Source of the DNA: a bacterium
Lineage (GTDB): Bacteria > Patescibacteriota > Dojkabacteria > JAKAPS01 > JAJZLI01
NCBI GenBank assembly: GCA_021791275.1
Contig: JAJYWX010000029.1
Location: 14,074-78,073 of the forward strand
DNA: 64,000 nucleotides
Reading direction: 5' to 3'
In this document: positions 38,951 to 50,171 of the stretch, piece after piece
How positions within the stretch are numbered: position 1 is the stretch's first letter
Layout: each line of letters begins with the position of its first letter
Program-made: the position numbers and the translations under genes
The notes under the pieces: generated by a model
Told to the model about the DNA's origin: nothing
The model's database searches: none
The model's input: the letters and a program-made list of their open reading frames with translations, nothing else

Positions 38951-40625
38951 AGAAACATCAAATAAAATAGCTGCTGGAGAAGTTGTAGAAAGGCCAGCTT
39001 CTGTCCTAAAAGAACTATTAGAAAATTCTATAGATTCCGGAGCTAATAATATATATGTTTATTTAGATAATTTAAATATAAGAGTGGAAGATGATGGTGT
39101 TGGAATGAATAAGGAGGATATGCTACTTTCTGTTAAAAGATTTGCAACATCAAAAATATCAAAAGTAGAAGATTTATTAGATGTAGCCACATTTGGATTC
39201 CGTGGGGAAGCACTAGCAGCCATAGCATCAGTTTCAAAATTATCAATAATATCTAAGCAGGCCAATTTAGAAGAGGGATATAAATTATATTTGGAATCTG
39301 GAAATGTAATATCTTTTGATGTATACCCTACTCTAGATGGAACCACTATTGATGTAAAAGATATATTTTTTAATACTCCAGCAAGACTGAAATTTTTAAA
39401 GAGCTATAATACTGAATACAAATATATTTTAGATGTATTTGAAAAAGCTGCTTTATCAAATGAAAATATTCATTTTAAATTTTTGAAAAATAATAAAGTA
39501 ATTTATGATCTTGAAAAGGAGAATCTATTAGATAGATTTTTAAAAATTATTCCAAAAGGTAATCTGAAATTTAATGAGATAAATTATAAATCAGAATATT
39601 TAAATTTTAAAGGATTTATTTCTTATCCGGAAAGTTCTCGAAATGATAAAGTATTTGAGTATATTTTTGTTAATAATAGACCAATATATAGTAATATTGT
39701 AAATAAGGCTATCATGGATGGGTATTCCAATTTCTTATATCCAAATAAATTTCCTGTATATATTTTATTTATAGAAACTAAAGAGGTTGATATTAATGTT
39801 CATCCAAGAAAATCAGAAGTTAGATTTAAGGATTCAAATTCAGTATTTAACATAATTAAAAGTGAAATTAATAAATCTGTATCTTCAATAAAGGAAAAAA
39901 CATTTGATTATGGGAATAAAGTCTTTTCTAATTCTGAAATAAAAAATGATTATAAAATAAAGTTTAAAAATCATAAAAATGGAAAAAATTCTTATCCTTC
40001 AAATTTTGATATATTCCAAAACCATTCTAATTTTAATCTTAATCAAAATGATGAGGGTATCGATGCAATACAATTATTTAATAGATATATTGTTACTAAA
40101 TCAAAAGATAATATTCAGATAATAGATCAACATGCAGCTTCTGAGAGAGTAATGTTTGAGAGAATCAATGAAGAGTTAATTAATAATAATTTTGAATATC
40201 AAAATTTTTTAATACCCTATACTTTAGATTTGAATAAATCAGATTTTAATTTATTAGAAGGTAATATTGATTTAATTAGGTCTTTAGGATTAGATATAGA
40301 GATTTTTGGAGATTCTTCAATAAAAATATCATCTTTACCAGTAATACTTTCAGATATAGATATTAATAAATTTCTAGAAGAAATAATATCTGATTTAAGA
40401 AATGAACAAAATCTTAAAATGGATTCTGGTTTAAAAAATAAATTAGTAGCGACAATGGCTTGTCATTCTAGTGTTAGATTTGGAGACCCGTTAGATATGA
40501 ATAAAATTAAACAAATAGTTAAAGATTTAAGAAATTGTAAAGATCCATTTTTTTGTCCTCATGGCAGACCAACTACATTTGAAATATCAGAGGATAGTAT
40601 TTTAAAAAAATTTAGAAGGAAATAA
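38931..40625 (+). CDS. mutL: DNA mismatch repair protein MutL
   Basis: The GHKL ATPase N-terminus IAAGEVVERPASVLKELLENSIDSGA is present, and the C-terminal dimerisation domain ends with FFCPHGRP. Confidence 0.9.
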   Translation: MIKILSEETSNKIAAGEVVERPASVLKELLENSIDSGANNIYVYLDNLNIRVEDDGVGMNKEDMLLSVKRFATSKISKVEDLLDVATFGFRGEALAAIASVSKLSIISKQANLEEGYKLYLESGNVISFDVYPTLDGTTIDVKDIFFNTPARLKFLKSYNTEYKYILDVFEKAALSNENIHFKFLKNNKVIYDLEKENLLDRFLKIIPKGNLKFNEINYKSEYLNFKGFISYPESSRNDKVFEYIFVNNRPIYSNIVNKAIMDGYSNFLYPNKFPVYILFIETKEVDINVHPRKSEVRFKDSNSVFNIIKSEINKSVSSIKEKTFDYGNKVFSNSEIKNDYKIKFKNHKNGKNSYPSNFDIFQNHSNFNLNQNDEGIDAIQLFNRYIVTKSKDNIQIIDQHAASERVMFERINEELINNNFEYQNFLIPYTLDLNKSDFNLLEGNIDLIRSLGLDIEIFGDSSIKISSLPVILSDIDINKFLEEIISDLRNEQNLKMDSGLKNKLVATMACHSSVRFGDPLDMNKIKQIVKDLRNCKDPFFCPHGRPTTFEISEDSILKKFRRK

Positions 40626-40627
40626 AT

Positions 40628-41296
40628 ATGGGAAATAATATAAAGGGATTTTTTTTCGATTTTGATAATACTATCGCAGATGATTATACATTTATAATAG
40701 ATTGTTTTATTTATACTTTTAGAAAGATGGGTATAGATTTTAAAACATCTGATATTGATAGTTTTATGGGATTAAAACAAAGAGATATTCTTTCTAAATT
40801 TATAGATAATGATAATGAAATACAGAATGCAATGAAAATTTTTGATTCTTACTTTGAATCAAATTATTTAAAAGGTGTAAGTATTTTTAAGGGTATTGAA
40901 GATTTGATTAGAACTATTAGTGTTGATTTTAAATTAGTTATTGTTTCTGGTGGACAAGGAGATAGGATAAGGAAAATATTAAAAAAATATAACCTTTATA
41001 ATAATTTTGAATATATAATCTCTAGTCAGGATGTTGTTTACCCAAAGCCAAATCCTGAAGGCTTAAATTTGGCTTTAAAATATTCAGGGTTACAATCTAA
41101 TGAGATAATATATATTGGTGATTCATCAAGTGATTATGAACTTTGTGAAAATGCAAAAGTAAAATTTATATTAGCAACCTGGGGTAGTGACATAACATTT
41201 AATAGTATATTAGATAAAGTTGATGTGAGATTTGATAAACCTGAATTATTGACTGATTATATTTATAAATATTTTTTTAAGAATTCTCCAGTATAA
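40628..41296 (+). CDS. HAD superfamily hydrolase (phosphoglycolate phosphatase-like)
   Basis: Motif I FFDFDNTIAD (DxDxT), motif II VSGG and motif IV GDSSSD are present. Confidence 0.75.
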   Translation: MGNNIKGFFFDFDNTIADDYTFIIDCFIYTFRKMGIDFKTSDIDSFMGLKQRDILSKFIDNDNEIQNAMKIFDSYFESNYLKGVSIFKGIEDLIRTISVDFKLVIVSGGQGDRIRKILKKYNLYNNFEYIISSQDVVYPKPNPEGLNLALKYSGLQSNEIIYIGDSSSDYELCENAKVKFILATWGSDITFNSILDKVDVRFDKPELLTDYIYKYFFKNSPV

Positions 41297-44094
41297 CTTT
41301 TTTTATCTTTTATTATGTCCTTGACTGTTCCTTGGAATATAATTTCTCCACCCTCATCTCCCCCCTCTTTTCCTAAGTCAATTATCCAATCAGCAGTTTT
41401 TATTACATCCATATTATGTTCTATTATTATTACAGTATTTTTTTGTTCCACTAGACTATTTAATACTTTTAATAATTTTTTTATATCATCAAAATGAAGT
41501 CCAGTAGTTGGTTCATCTAATATGTATAAAGTTTTTCCTGTGGATTTCCTGGATAGTTCAGCTGCTAATTTTATTCTTTGGGATTCTCCTCCTGATAAAG
41601 TTGTTGCACTTTGTCCCAATTTTATATATCCCAATCCTACACTCTCTAGGGTCTCTAATTTATTTTTAATTTTTGATATATTAGAAAAAAATATTTTTGC
41701 TTCAGATATATTCATATTTAAAACTTCTGATATATTTTTATCTTTATATCTTATTGCTAATGCCTCATTATTATAACGTTTTCCTTGGCATTCATTACAT
41801 TCTATGTATACATCTGGTAAAAATTGCATTTCTATTTTTATTATTCCATCTCCTTTACAATTTTCACATCTACCTCCTTTAACATTAAAACTAAATCTTC
41901 CAGAATTATATCCTTTCATTTTTGCTTCTCTAGTCGATGCAAATAATTCTCTTATATAAGTGAATGTCCCGGTATAAGTTGCCGGATTTGATCTAGGAGT
42001 TTTTCCTATAGGGGATTGATCTATATCTATTATTTTGTTTATATTTTCAATCCCATTTATATAATCACACTGACCTACAATCTTTTTAGTGTTATAGATT
42101 TCATTTGATATATATGGATACAGTATGTCATTTATAAGGGTACTTTTTCCTGAACCAGATACACCAGTAATTATTGTTAAAACTTCTAGGGGTATTTTTA
42201 CTGTAATATTTTTTAAATTATGTTCATGTGCATTCACTATTTCTATATATTTATTAGATGTTCTTATTTTTTTAGGTTTTTCTATCTTTTCTTTTTTAGA
42301 TAGATATAGTCCCGTTATAGAATTTGAATCATTTTTTATGTCAATATATTTTCCTTGAGAAATTATATTACCTCCGTACTCTCCAGCACCTTTTCCTATA
42401 TCAATTATCCAGTCAGAATTAATCATGGTTTCTTCATCATGCTCAACAACAATAACTGTATTACCCAAATCTCTTAACTCTTTTAATGTATTTATGAGTT
42501 TTAAATTATCTCTTTGATGTAAACCTATTGAAGGTTCATCTAAAACATAAAGTATTCCTGATAGCCTCGATCCTATTTGAGAGGCCAATCTAATCCTTTG
42601 TGCCTCTCCTCCAGCCAAACTTTTTGAAGATCTATCTAATGATAAATACCAAACTCCAACAGAATCCAAGAATTTTACTCTATTCTCTATTTCTTGAAAT
42701 ATTTGTTTTGATATTATCTTATCGTTTTCATTTATTTCATTTTTAATTTTCTCTATCCATTTTAAGAATTCTCTAATACTTATTTTAGATATTTGATCAA
42801 TTGATTTGTTATCTATTTTTATCGATCTTGCTATTTTATTTAGTTTAGTACCTTCGCAGACTTCACAAACTAATTCTTGCATATATTCAGATAGTTCTCT
42901 TTTCGTACTGTCTGAACCTTTTTGGTATTTTTCTAATAGATAAGGAATTATACCTTCAAATGTAACAGTATATGTTCTAGTACTTCTCATTCTAGGTTTA
43001 TATTGTATTTTATAAGTTTCGCTACCTGTTCCAAACATTAATATTTTTATTTGCTCTGGAGTATATTCACTAAATTTTATATTAATAGGAATATTTTTTG
43101 AATTTGATACTGCCTCTATTATTTTTATAATCCAAGATGTTTTATAATGAGTTATTTCATTTGACAATGGGTAGACAGCTCCTTCCATAAATGTTAGTGA
43201 TTTATTATACAATGAACTTTCATCCATTGTTTGTATTATTCCTAAGCCTGTACAATTTGGGCATGCTCCGTATGGTGAGTTAAAAGAAAAACTATTTGGT
43301 TGTATCTCTGGTATAGATGTATGGCAATTTAAACATGATAAATTCTCAGAAAAAAGTATATCCTTTTTTTCATCTTCAATATAAATGATTACTTCTCCTT
43401 GAGAAAGAGAGGCTGCTTTCTCTATTGATTCATACAATCTTGTTTTTGCTTCTTTATCATCGGCTATGAGTAATCGATCTATGAGTATTTCAATATTATG
43501 TATTTTATATCTGGATAAACTGATTTCGTTATCAAGTGAATATATTTCTCCATCCACTCTAACTCTTGTATATCCTTTTGAAGTTAGGTTTTGAAATAGT
43601 TCTGAATACTCTCCTTTTTTATTTCTTATTATTGGGGAAAGTACAAAAATTCTTTTATCTTTTAGTGATATCACTTCTTGTGATATTTGCTCAATTGTTT
43701 GACTTTGGATTTTATTCCCGCAATTAGGACAGTATGGCACACCTATTTTTGCATAAAGTAACCTTAAATAGTCATAAATCTCTGTAGTGGTTCCTACAGT
43801 AGATCGAGGATTTCGGATTGCAGTTTTTTGATCAATTGATATTGCAGGAGAAAGTCCATCAATGTAATCAATTTCAGGCTTTTTCATTATACCTAAAAAT
43901 TGTCTCGCATAAGAAGAAAGTGATTCTACATATCTCCTTTGGCCTTCTGCATATATTGTATCAAATGCAAGTGATGATTTTCCTGATCCGGAAACTCCAG
44001 TTATAACAACTAATTTATTTTTTGGTATTTCAAGATTAACATTTTTTAAATTATTCTCTCTCGCACCCTTTATAATAATTTTATTATTTTTCAT
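41263..44094 (-). CDS. uvrA: Excinuclease ABC subunit A
   Basis: It has two ABC ATPase modules ([28 protein letters not shown]; [13 protein letters not shown]) and Zn-finger Cys clusters, at 943 aa. Confidence 0.95.
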   Translation of the reverse strand: MKNNKIIIKGARENNLKNVNLEIPKNKLVVITGVSGSGKSSLAFDTIYAEGQRRYVESLSSYARQFLGIMKKPEIDYIDGLSPAISIDQKTAIRNPRSTVGTTTEIYDYLRLLYAKIGVPYCPNCGNKIQSQTIEQISQEVISLKDKRIFVLSPIIRNKKGEYSELFQNLTSKGYTRVRVDGEIYSLDNEISLSRYKIHNIEILIDRLLIADDKEAKTRLYESIEKAASLSQGEVIIYIEDEKKDILFSENLSCLNCHTSIPEIQPNSFSFNSPYGACPNCTGLGIIQTMDESSLYNKSLTFMEGAVYPLSNEITHYKTSWIIKIIEAVSNSKNIPINIKFSEYTPEQIKILMFGTGSETYKIQYKPRMRSTRTYTVTFEGIIPYLLEKYQKGSDSTKRELSEYMQELVCEVCEGTKLNKIARSIKIDNKSIDQISKISIREFLKWIEKIKNEINENDKIISKQIFQEIENRVKFLDSVGVWYLSLDRSSKSLAGGEAQRIRLASQIGSRLSGILYVLDEPSIGLHQRDNLKLINTLKELRDLGNTVIVVEHDEETMINSDWIIDIGKGAGEYGGNIISQGKYIDIKNDSNSITGLYLSKKEKIEKPKKIRTSNKYIEIVNAHEHNLKNITVKIPLEVLTIITGVSGSGKSTLINDILYPYISNEIYNTKKIVGQCDYINGIENINKIIDIDQSPIGKTPRSNPATYTGTFTYIRELFASTREAKMKGYNSGRFSFNVKGGRCENCKGDGIIKIEMQFLPDVYIECNECQGKRYNNEALAIRYKDKNISEVLNMNISEAKIFFSNISKIKNKLETLESVGLGYIKLGQSATTLSGGESQRIKLAAELSRKSTGKTLYILDEPTTGLHFDDIKKLLKVLNSLVEQKNTVIIIEHNMDVIKTADWIIDLGKEGGDEGGEIIFQGTVKDIIKDKKSYTGEFLKKYL

Positions 44095-44126
44095 ATTTAA
44101 GTTTAATATTTTACCATAAACTTAAA

Positions 44127-45296
44127 CTATTTTTCTAACCAATACATCTTGGAGGTGCTATCTATTTCACTGTTTGTAGTTATGTATGTTAAATTCCCAA
44201 ATTTTAATTTGCCTTTTTTATTTTGAATACTTTTGGCAGCTATATCAAATGAATTTCCGTTCAATTTTATAAATGCAATATTTTTTCCATTTGGACTCCA
44301 CGTTGGTTGAGCATTTATACCATTTGATATCAATTGTAGTGTATTTTTATAATTACTAAAGCTACTTTGTTCTGTATTGTTTAAAATTGAGTTTAAATCA
44401 AATTTCATTACATACAGATAATTACTATTGTTACCTTTCCTTTCAGTAAAAGCTAAATACTTTTCATTTGGAGATAATCTTGGTTCCATAGCTTCAGATG
44501 TTACAGGTGTTACAGGATAAGATTGATTTGTATTAAAATCATATAGCATTATTTGTGAATCTGGCTGTGCAATTCCTGTGTAGTATATGTAATATGTATA
44601 TAGAAGGAAATTATTGTTAGGCCAAGTTACATCAGCATCTCCTCCGGTATATCTTGTTGGAATTGTTAATTCAGTTTCATTATATATTTGTGATGAGTAA
44701 CTTGGAAAAGTTGTTCCATTTTTAAACATCCAAACTCCTAATCCTGCACGAGGTATTCCTGTAATTAATTTACGTATATTTGTATCATAAGCTATATAAT
44801 TTCCATTAGGTTCATATGCTGGGGTTGCAGACCATGCTTCATTTTGAATGTACTGACTTTGCCAATCAGTTAATTGAGTATTATTTGTTCCATTTATATT
44901 CATTTGTCTTAAGTCTGAATAGTTTGTATGGAAACTTACATAAGTAACTTGTTTTCCATTTTTTGAGATCCCTATATCAGAGACGTTGTTTGTATTCGTA
45001 ACCTTGTGAGTTGTATTCCCTGTGATGTACCACATATTATTATTTTTTACAAAATATAACCTGCCATTTAGATTGTATTGATTAGACAATGTTACGTTTT
45101 TTGATATGCTAAAACCTATATTTTTAGGATTTAGTATACTTTCAATTATCGTTCCATATTTAAGAAGTATATAAGCTATAAAAACTATTAATATAAGGAA
45201 TACTCCATAACCAAGGATTTTTTTCCCTTTTTTAGTATTTTTATTACTCATATTTTTAATATTGTTTCTATTATTGAAGTCCATATTAGTTTCCAT
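44127..45296 (-). CDS. Membrane-anchored beta-propeller protein with TolB-like PD40 repeats
   Basis: An N-terminal TM is followed by repeated S/P-P-N-G-K-x-(I/L)-A-(F/Y) units (PTWSPNGKNIAF, PRLSPNEKYLAF, EPNGNYIAY). Confidence 0.55.
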   Translation of the reverse strand: METNMDFNNRNNIKNMSNKNTKKGKKILGYGVFLILIVFIAYILLKYGTIIESILNPKNIGFSISKNVTLSNQYNLNGRLYFVKNNNMWYITGNTTHKVTNTNNVSDIGISKNGKQVTYVSFHTNYSDLRQMNINGTNNTQLTDWQSQYIQNEAWSATPAYEPNGNYIAYDTNIRKLITGIPRAGLGVWMFKNGTTFPSYSSQIYNETELTIPTRYTGGDADVTWPNNNFLLYTYYIYYTGIAQPDSQIMLYDFNTNQSYPVTPVTSEAMEPRLSPNEKYLAFTERKGNNSNYLYVMKFDLNSILNNTEQSSFSNYKNTLQLISNGINAQPTWSPNGKNIAFIKLNGNSFDIAAKSIQNKKGKLKFGNLTYITTNSEIDSTSKMYWLEK

Positions 45297-46320
45297 ATAA
45301 TTTCAAGAATAATGAATTTATTTTTTGCCAATTTGGAAACACCACACTTTGAATTGGATACCCTGCATTTCCTATTGATGAATAGTCAGGAGGTGATAAT
45401 ATTATGGACTGAATTTTTGTATTTTTTAATGCAAGTGCTATTTTAGCAAGGCTTAATACTTCTGGTATTGTCATGTCTGTTCTTACAATTGAACTAAGAT
45501 TATTGAAAAGGGATGGTATTTCTGAAATTGTTGAAGGATTGTCCAACTTATCTTTTAATATTCTTAAAACTTGTTGCTGTCTTTTTGATCTTCCAAAATC
45601 TCCCATTAAATCTCCATGTCTAGAGCGTACATATTCTAATGCTCTACTTCCAGTCATATATTGAGGAGCACCTGATATATAAAGGTTAATTGAAGAGTAA
45701 AGTAAGTTTGGATTTCCAGTAAGGTCATTGGGGTAACTCCAATCTAATACTGGGTGAGTTGGAACAACATTTACTCCTCCAAAAGTATCTATCAATTTTA
45801 TAAATCCTTTAAGTCCTATCCAAGCGTAATAGTCTATTTTGATTCCGAAGTATTGTTCAACTAATTGTCTGGTTAATGCTATTCCACCAATTTCTGATGC
45901 TGTGTCAAATTTTGAATATCCCCCATTTTGAGTATATCCCGGAATTTTTATCCAGAAATCTCTAGGTATAGATATCATATATATCTTTTTTTGATATGGG
46001 TTTACACTTACTATCATTATAGTTTGAGTCAATATTGAATTGGGATTAAATTTTTGATCAGTATCTGATCCAAGTAGAAGTATATTTATAAATTTATTTG
46101 AGTTGTCGTATTTATAATGTATTGTTTGTTCTACTTTTGTCCTTTGAATTTTATTTCCAGTTATTTTAAATAAATCGTATGTAACTGACAAATATCCTGA
46201 TTTTATGTATAGAAATATTATTACAGCTACAAATATTAATAATGTTAAAAGAAAAATTTTCCATTTTTTCCTGGGCTTATTTTTTTTCTGCAGTTTACTT
46301 TTATCTATGTCTATAACCAT
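45286..46320 (-). CDS. LytR-CpsA-Psr (LCP) family protein
   Basis: An N-terminal TM is followed by the LCP core NILLLGSDTDQ...TIMIVSVNP (LCP consensus N.LL.G.D.R......DT.M) and RALEYVRSRHGD. Confidence 0.75.
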   Translation of the reverse strand: MVIDIDKSKLQKKNKPRKKWKIFLLTLLIFVAVIIFLYIKSGYLSVTYDLFKITGNKIQRTKVEQTIHYKYDNSNKFINILLLGSDTDQKFNPNSILTQTIMIVSVNPYQKKIYMISIPRDFWIKIPGYTQNGGYSKFDTASEIGGIALTRQLVEQYFGIKIDYYAWIGLKGFIKLIDTFGGVNVVPTHPVLDWSYPNDLTGNPNLLYSSINLYISGAPQYMTGSRALEYVRSRHGDLMGDFGRSKRQQQVLRILKDKLDNPSTISEIPSLFNNLSSIVRTDMTIPEVLSLAKIALALKNTKIQSIILSPPDYSSIGNAGYPIQSVVFPNWQKINSLFLKLYGN

Positions 46321-46355
46321 TTTAGTGTTTATATTATTAATTTATGAAAGGAATC

Positions 46356-48344
46356 TTAAAAGATTAATTTTAACTCTTCAATTTGATCTCTCAATTTTGA
46401 AGCTTTCTCGAATTCTAAATTTTTTGAATATATATTCATTTGTTTTGTTAGATTTTTTATTAATTCCTTTTTATCAGAAATATCGGTAATATTCAATTCT
46501 TCATCCTTATTTTTTCTTTCCAATTGTTTCTTTATGTCTTTTTTTATTCCAATAGGTTGTTTTTTATATTTCTTATTATAACTTATTTGTATTTCTCTTC
46601 TCCTGTTTGTTTCTTTGATAGCTTCTTCCATTGATTTTGTTATTTTATCTGCATACATTATTACCTTTCCATTTTTGTGCCTTGCTGCTCTACCCATTAT
46701 TTGTATTAATGATTGTTTTGATCTTAAAAATCCTTCTTTATCTGCATCAAGTATTATTATTAAGGATACTTCTGGAAGATCGAGTCCTTCTCTTAGAAGG
46801 TTTATGCCCACAATTACATCAAAATTACCCAATCTTAGATTTTCTAGTACTTCAGTTCTCTCTATAGTCTCTATATCACTGTGTAAGTATTGAGTCTTAA
46901 AATTATTTTCTAACATATATTTATTTAATTCTTCAGACATTTTTTTTGTAAGAGTTATTATTATGACTCTTTCATCTTTCTCAATCCTTTTTTTTACTTC
47001 AATTTTGATATCTTCTATTTGCCCTTCTGTTTTTCTTATCTCTATTTCTGGGTCAATTAAATTTGTCGGTCTGATAATTTGTTCTACTATTCCATCTCTA
47101 GGATAGTTCTTTAATTTCTCAGTACTTTGCTTAGAAAGATTAATCTCATACTCATTAGGTGTAGCAGAAACATATATAACTTGATTTATTTTTTCTCTGA
47201 ACTCATCATATTTAAGAGGCCTGTTATCTAATGCTGATGGAAGTCTAAATCCATAATCGATTAAAGTTTTTTTTCTTTGAAAGTCTCCTCTATACATACC
47301 TCTTATTTGAGGTATTGTCATATGGCTTTCATCTATAATTAGAAGATAATCTTTTGGAAAAAAATCTATTAATGTAAAGGGAGCAGATCCTGCCTTTCTT
47401 CCCTCTATCAATCTTGAATAGTTCTCTATCCCTTGGCAGTATCCCATTTCTTGTATCATTTCTATATCAAACTTTACTCTTTGTTCAAGCCTTTTTTCTT
47501 CAACTACCATTCCTCTTTTTCTAAAATATTCTAACCTTTCTTTTAATTCTTCTTCTATTTTATTTATTGCTAAATTCAACTTATTTTGTTCTACTATATA
47601 GTGCTTTGCAGGATATATTATTATTTCATTGGTTTCTGATTTCTGAGTTTTTGTTAATGCATTTACGATTTTAATTTTGTCTATTTGGTCTCCAAATAAT
47701 TCTATTCTTACAACATTATCTTCATATTGTGTAAAGATATCTATTGTGTCTCCTTTCACGCTAAATGTACCTCTTTTATAATCAAAATCATTTCTCTCAT
47801 ATTGAATATTTAAAAGTGAATTCATTAAATCTGATCTTTTTATATATTCTCCTTTTGAAATTTTTACAGATAGTTCTTCATATTCAGAAGGATCTCCAAG
47901 TCCATATATACAAGATACAGAGGCTACTATTATTACATCCCTAGAGCTCATTAAGTATTGAGTGGCTTTATTTCTGTATTGTTCGATTTCTTCGTTTATC
48001 TGAGTTTCTTTTTCTATATATAAATCTTTTGTAGGTATATATGCTTCTGGTTGGTAATAGTCATAATAGGAGACAAAGTATGCTACTTTGTTATTGGGGA
48101 AAAAAGATCTAAATTCAGATGCTAATTGAGCTGCCAATGTTTTATTATGTGCAATTACGAGTGTTGGTTTCTGTACATTTTGTATTATGTTAGACATCAC
48201 AAATGTTTTTCCACTTCCTGTTACACCCATTAGAGTTTGATCCTTTACATTAGATTCAATTCCGTAAGTCAGGGTTTTTATGGCATTTGGTTGATCTCCT
48301 TGAGGTTTGAAAGGAGCCTCTAATTTAAATACATCTTTTTTCAT
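46356..48344 (-). CDS. uvrB: Excinuclease ABC subunit B
   Basis: Walker A GVTGSGKTF, the beta-hairpin region, helicase motifs and the C-terminal UvrB/UvrC interaction coiled coil are present. Confidence 0.95.
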   Translation of the reverse strand: MKKDVFKLEAPFKPQGDQPNAIKTLTYGIESNVKDQTLMGVTGSGKTFVMSNIIQNVQKPTLVIAHNKTLAAQLASEFRSFFPNNKVAYFVSYYDYYQPEAYIPTKDLYIEKETQINEEIEQYRNKATQYLMSSRDVIIVASVSCIYGLGDPSEYEELSVKISKGEYIKRSDLMNSLLNIQYERNDFDYKRGTFSVKGDTIDIFTQYEDNVVRIELFGDQIDKIKIVNALTKTQKSETNEIIIYPAKHYIVEQNKLNLAINKIEEELKERLEYFRKRGMVVEEKRLEQRVKFDIEMIQEMGYCQGIENYSRLIEGRKAGSAPFTLIDFFPKDYLLIIDESHMTIPQIRGMYRGDFQRKKTLIDYGFRLPSALDNRPLKYDEFREKINQVIYVSATPNEYEINLSKQSTEKLKNYPRDGIVEQIIRPTNLIDPEIEIRKTEGQIEDIKIEVKKRIEKDERVIIITLTKKMSEELNKYMLENNFKTQYLHSDIETIERTEVLENLRLGNFDVIVGINLLREGLDLPEVSLIIILDADKEGFLRSKQSLIQIMGRAARHKNGKVIMYADKITKSMEEAIKETNRRREIQISYNKKYKKQPIGIKKDIKKQLERKNKDEELNITDISDKKELIKNLTKQMNIYSKNLEFEKASKLRDQIEELKLIF

Positions 48345-48439
48345 ATATTATATTTTAACATAAAATAGAGTTTTCTTAATTTGACATATGCCTTTTATTT
48401 ATATATCATTATACTAATTATTTACCAATCTATAACTTT

Positions 48440-49477
48440 ATGGCAAAACTAAAAGATCAAAATCAAGATTCAAATAATGTTAAAAAAAGTACTACATTTA
48501 AGGATTTATATAATCAATCATCATTCTCAGATCCATCTAGAAGACCTAAGGTTATAGTTTCACTTATTGTATTAGTTTTATTTGTAATATTTGTAGGGCT
48601 ACTCTTTTCAATGTATAATTTCGGAGTATGGTATCCTGGTTTTTCTCCATTGATAGATAAAATCCCTGTCCTTAAGAATTTGGATAGGTCACCTGAAAAT
48701 GTTCTTCCTAAGACTATAGCCGCAGACAATGGAATTCATTCATATACATATCAAGTTAACTATGCAATAGATGTTAAAGGTTCAAGTAGTGGTAATGAGG
48801 CACAACAATTTAATGGATCTACAGATTTTAATAATTCTAGTAATATAAAATCCAATTCAAAATTTAGTGAGAAATTTTCATCTAATAATTCTTCTCAAAA
48901 ATCTTCATTAGTTATTAGTGGTAAATTTTTGCAAGCAAATAAAAAGTTTTTTGTGAACTTTTCTCAATTTCCATCAATACTATCTTCTGGTATAAAAACT
49001 AATACTTGGATATTATTAGGTCAAAACGATTTTCCTTTCTTACAAAAATTGGAATCTCAAAATAATTTTAATTACAATTCTCTAACTGTTTATACAAAAG
49101 GAAATTCTGTTGTTAATGGAACAGTAGTAACTCTTTATACAGTTGTCGTACCTAAATCAGATTATTCAAAACTAGGCTTTTTATCATTACCATTTTCTTT
49201 AGTAAAGAGTGTTTTTCCTAAATTTAATATTTCTGGAAACAATATAGATTTAAATATATGGGTAGGATTAGCTGATGATAGAATCTATCAAGAATCTACT
49301 AAGTTTAATGTTACAGCCCAGGGTTCTTCAGCTAGTGTTTACTTCTCATCATCAGTAACTAGCTTTAACTCTTCTGTAAATGTTGTTACTCCAACAACAT
49401 ACACTAACATTAATGGAAAGACAGTAACTAGTAAGTCTAATACTAAATCTAGTAATAAAACTAGTAGTAAAAAATAA
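48440..49477 (+). CDS. Hypothetical membrane-anchored Ser/Asn/Thr-rich surface protein
   Basis: It has a single N-terminal TM (VIVSLIVLVLFVIFVGLLF), a low-complexity exterior and no recognisable domain. Confidence 0.35.
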   Translation: MAKLKDQNQDSNNVKKSTTFKDLYNQSSFSDPSRRPKVIVSLIVLVLFVIFVGLLFSMYNFGVWYPGFSPLIDKIPVLKNLDRSPENVLPKTIAADNGIHSYTYQVNYAIDVKGSSSGNEAQQFNGSTDFNNSSNIKSNSKFSEKFSSNNSSQKSSLVISGKFLQANKKFFVNFSQFPSILSSGIKTNTWILLGQNDFPFLQKLESQNNFNYNSLTVYTKGNSVVNGTVVTLYTVVVPKSDYSKLGFLSLPFSLVKSVFPKFNISGNNIDLNIWVGLADDRIYQESTKFNVTAQGSSASVYFSSSVTSFNSSVNVVTPTTYTNINGKTVTSKSNTKSSNKTSSKK

Positions 49478-49479
49478 AA

Positions 49480-50007
49480 ATGAAAAAAAAAGATACAATA
49501 TTTTATGTAATAGTAATATTATATTTTTTTCTTGTAGTATTCTTTTTCCTTTATTTTTTCAAATCGTCAGAACCTAAAATTGTTAAAGTTTACAATGTTC
49601 AAACCCCTATAACTTCATCTCAGAATATTTATGCTATATCATTAAATGAACAGATAAGGCAAAATCTAAATTCTATAAAAAATGCATTCTTTAAATATCC
49701 TGGATATAAAAAGTTAAATATATCTAGTGTTTCAAATTTTGCTATTGTTAGAAAGAATAATGTTTCTGGTTCTGCTCCATTTTGTAGCCAAATATTTTAT
49801 CAGTCAAAAACTAAATGTACCTCTTTATCTGATTATTATAGTTTAATATCTCCATATATAAATAAATTAAATGTTGATTTTTCTTCGCCTCATAATATAA
49901 ATAATTACTATATATTTAAATATCAGGGGAATTATTACTTTATGGACACAAATTATCAAAAGACCATATATAATAATGGATTCCCATTCTATTTTATCCA
50001 AGGTTGA
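49480..50007 (+). CDS. Hypothetical membrane-anchored protein
   Basis: An N-terminal TM (IFYVIVILYFFLVVFFFLYFF) is followed by a start 2 nt after the upstream stop, so it is co-operonic. Confidence 0.35.
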   Translation: MKKKDTIFYVIVILYFFLVVFFFLYFFKSSEPKIVKVYNVQTPITSSQNIYAISLNEQIRQNLNSIKNAFFKYPGYKKLNISSVSNFAIVRKNNVSGSAPFCSQIFYQSKTKCTSLSDYYSLISPYINKLNVDFSSPHNINNYYIFKYQGNYYFMDTNYQKTIYNNGFPFYFIQG

Positions 50008-50046
50008 ATTAATCTGTAGTTTTATGCAATAATTCGTTATTCATAC

Positions 50047-50120
50047 GGTTGTGTGGTGTAGTGGTCTAACATGTCTCCCTGTCACGGAGAAGATCGACGG
50101 TTCGAATCCGTTCACAACCG
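50047..50120 (+). tRNA. tRNA-Asp (anticodon GTC)
   Basis: GGTTGTGTGGTGTAGTGGTCTAACATGTCTCCCTGTCACGGAGAAGATCGACGGTTCGAATCCGTTCACAACCG has acceptor GGTTGTG/CACAACC, anticodon loop CTGTCAC and T-loop TTCGAAT. Confidence 0.75.
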
Positions 50121-50171
50121 ATTCTATATATCACAAATGTACTTTAAATCTCATTCTGATATAATTAAATT

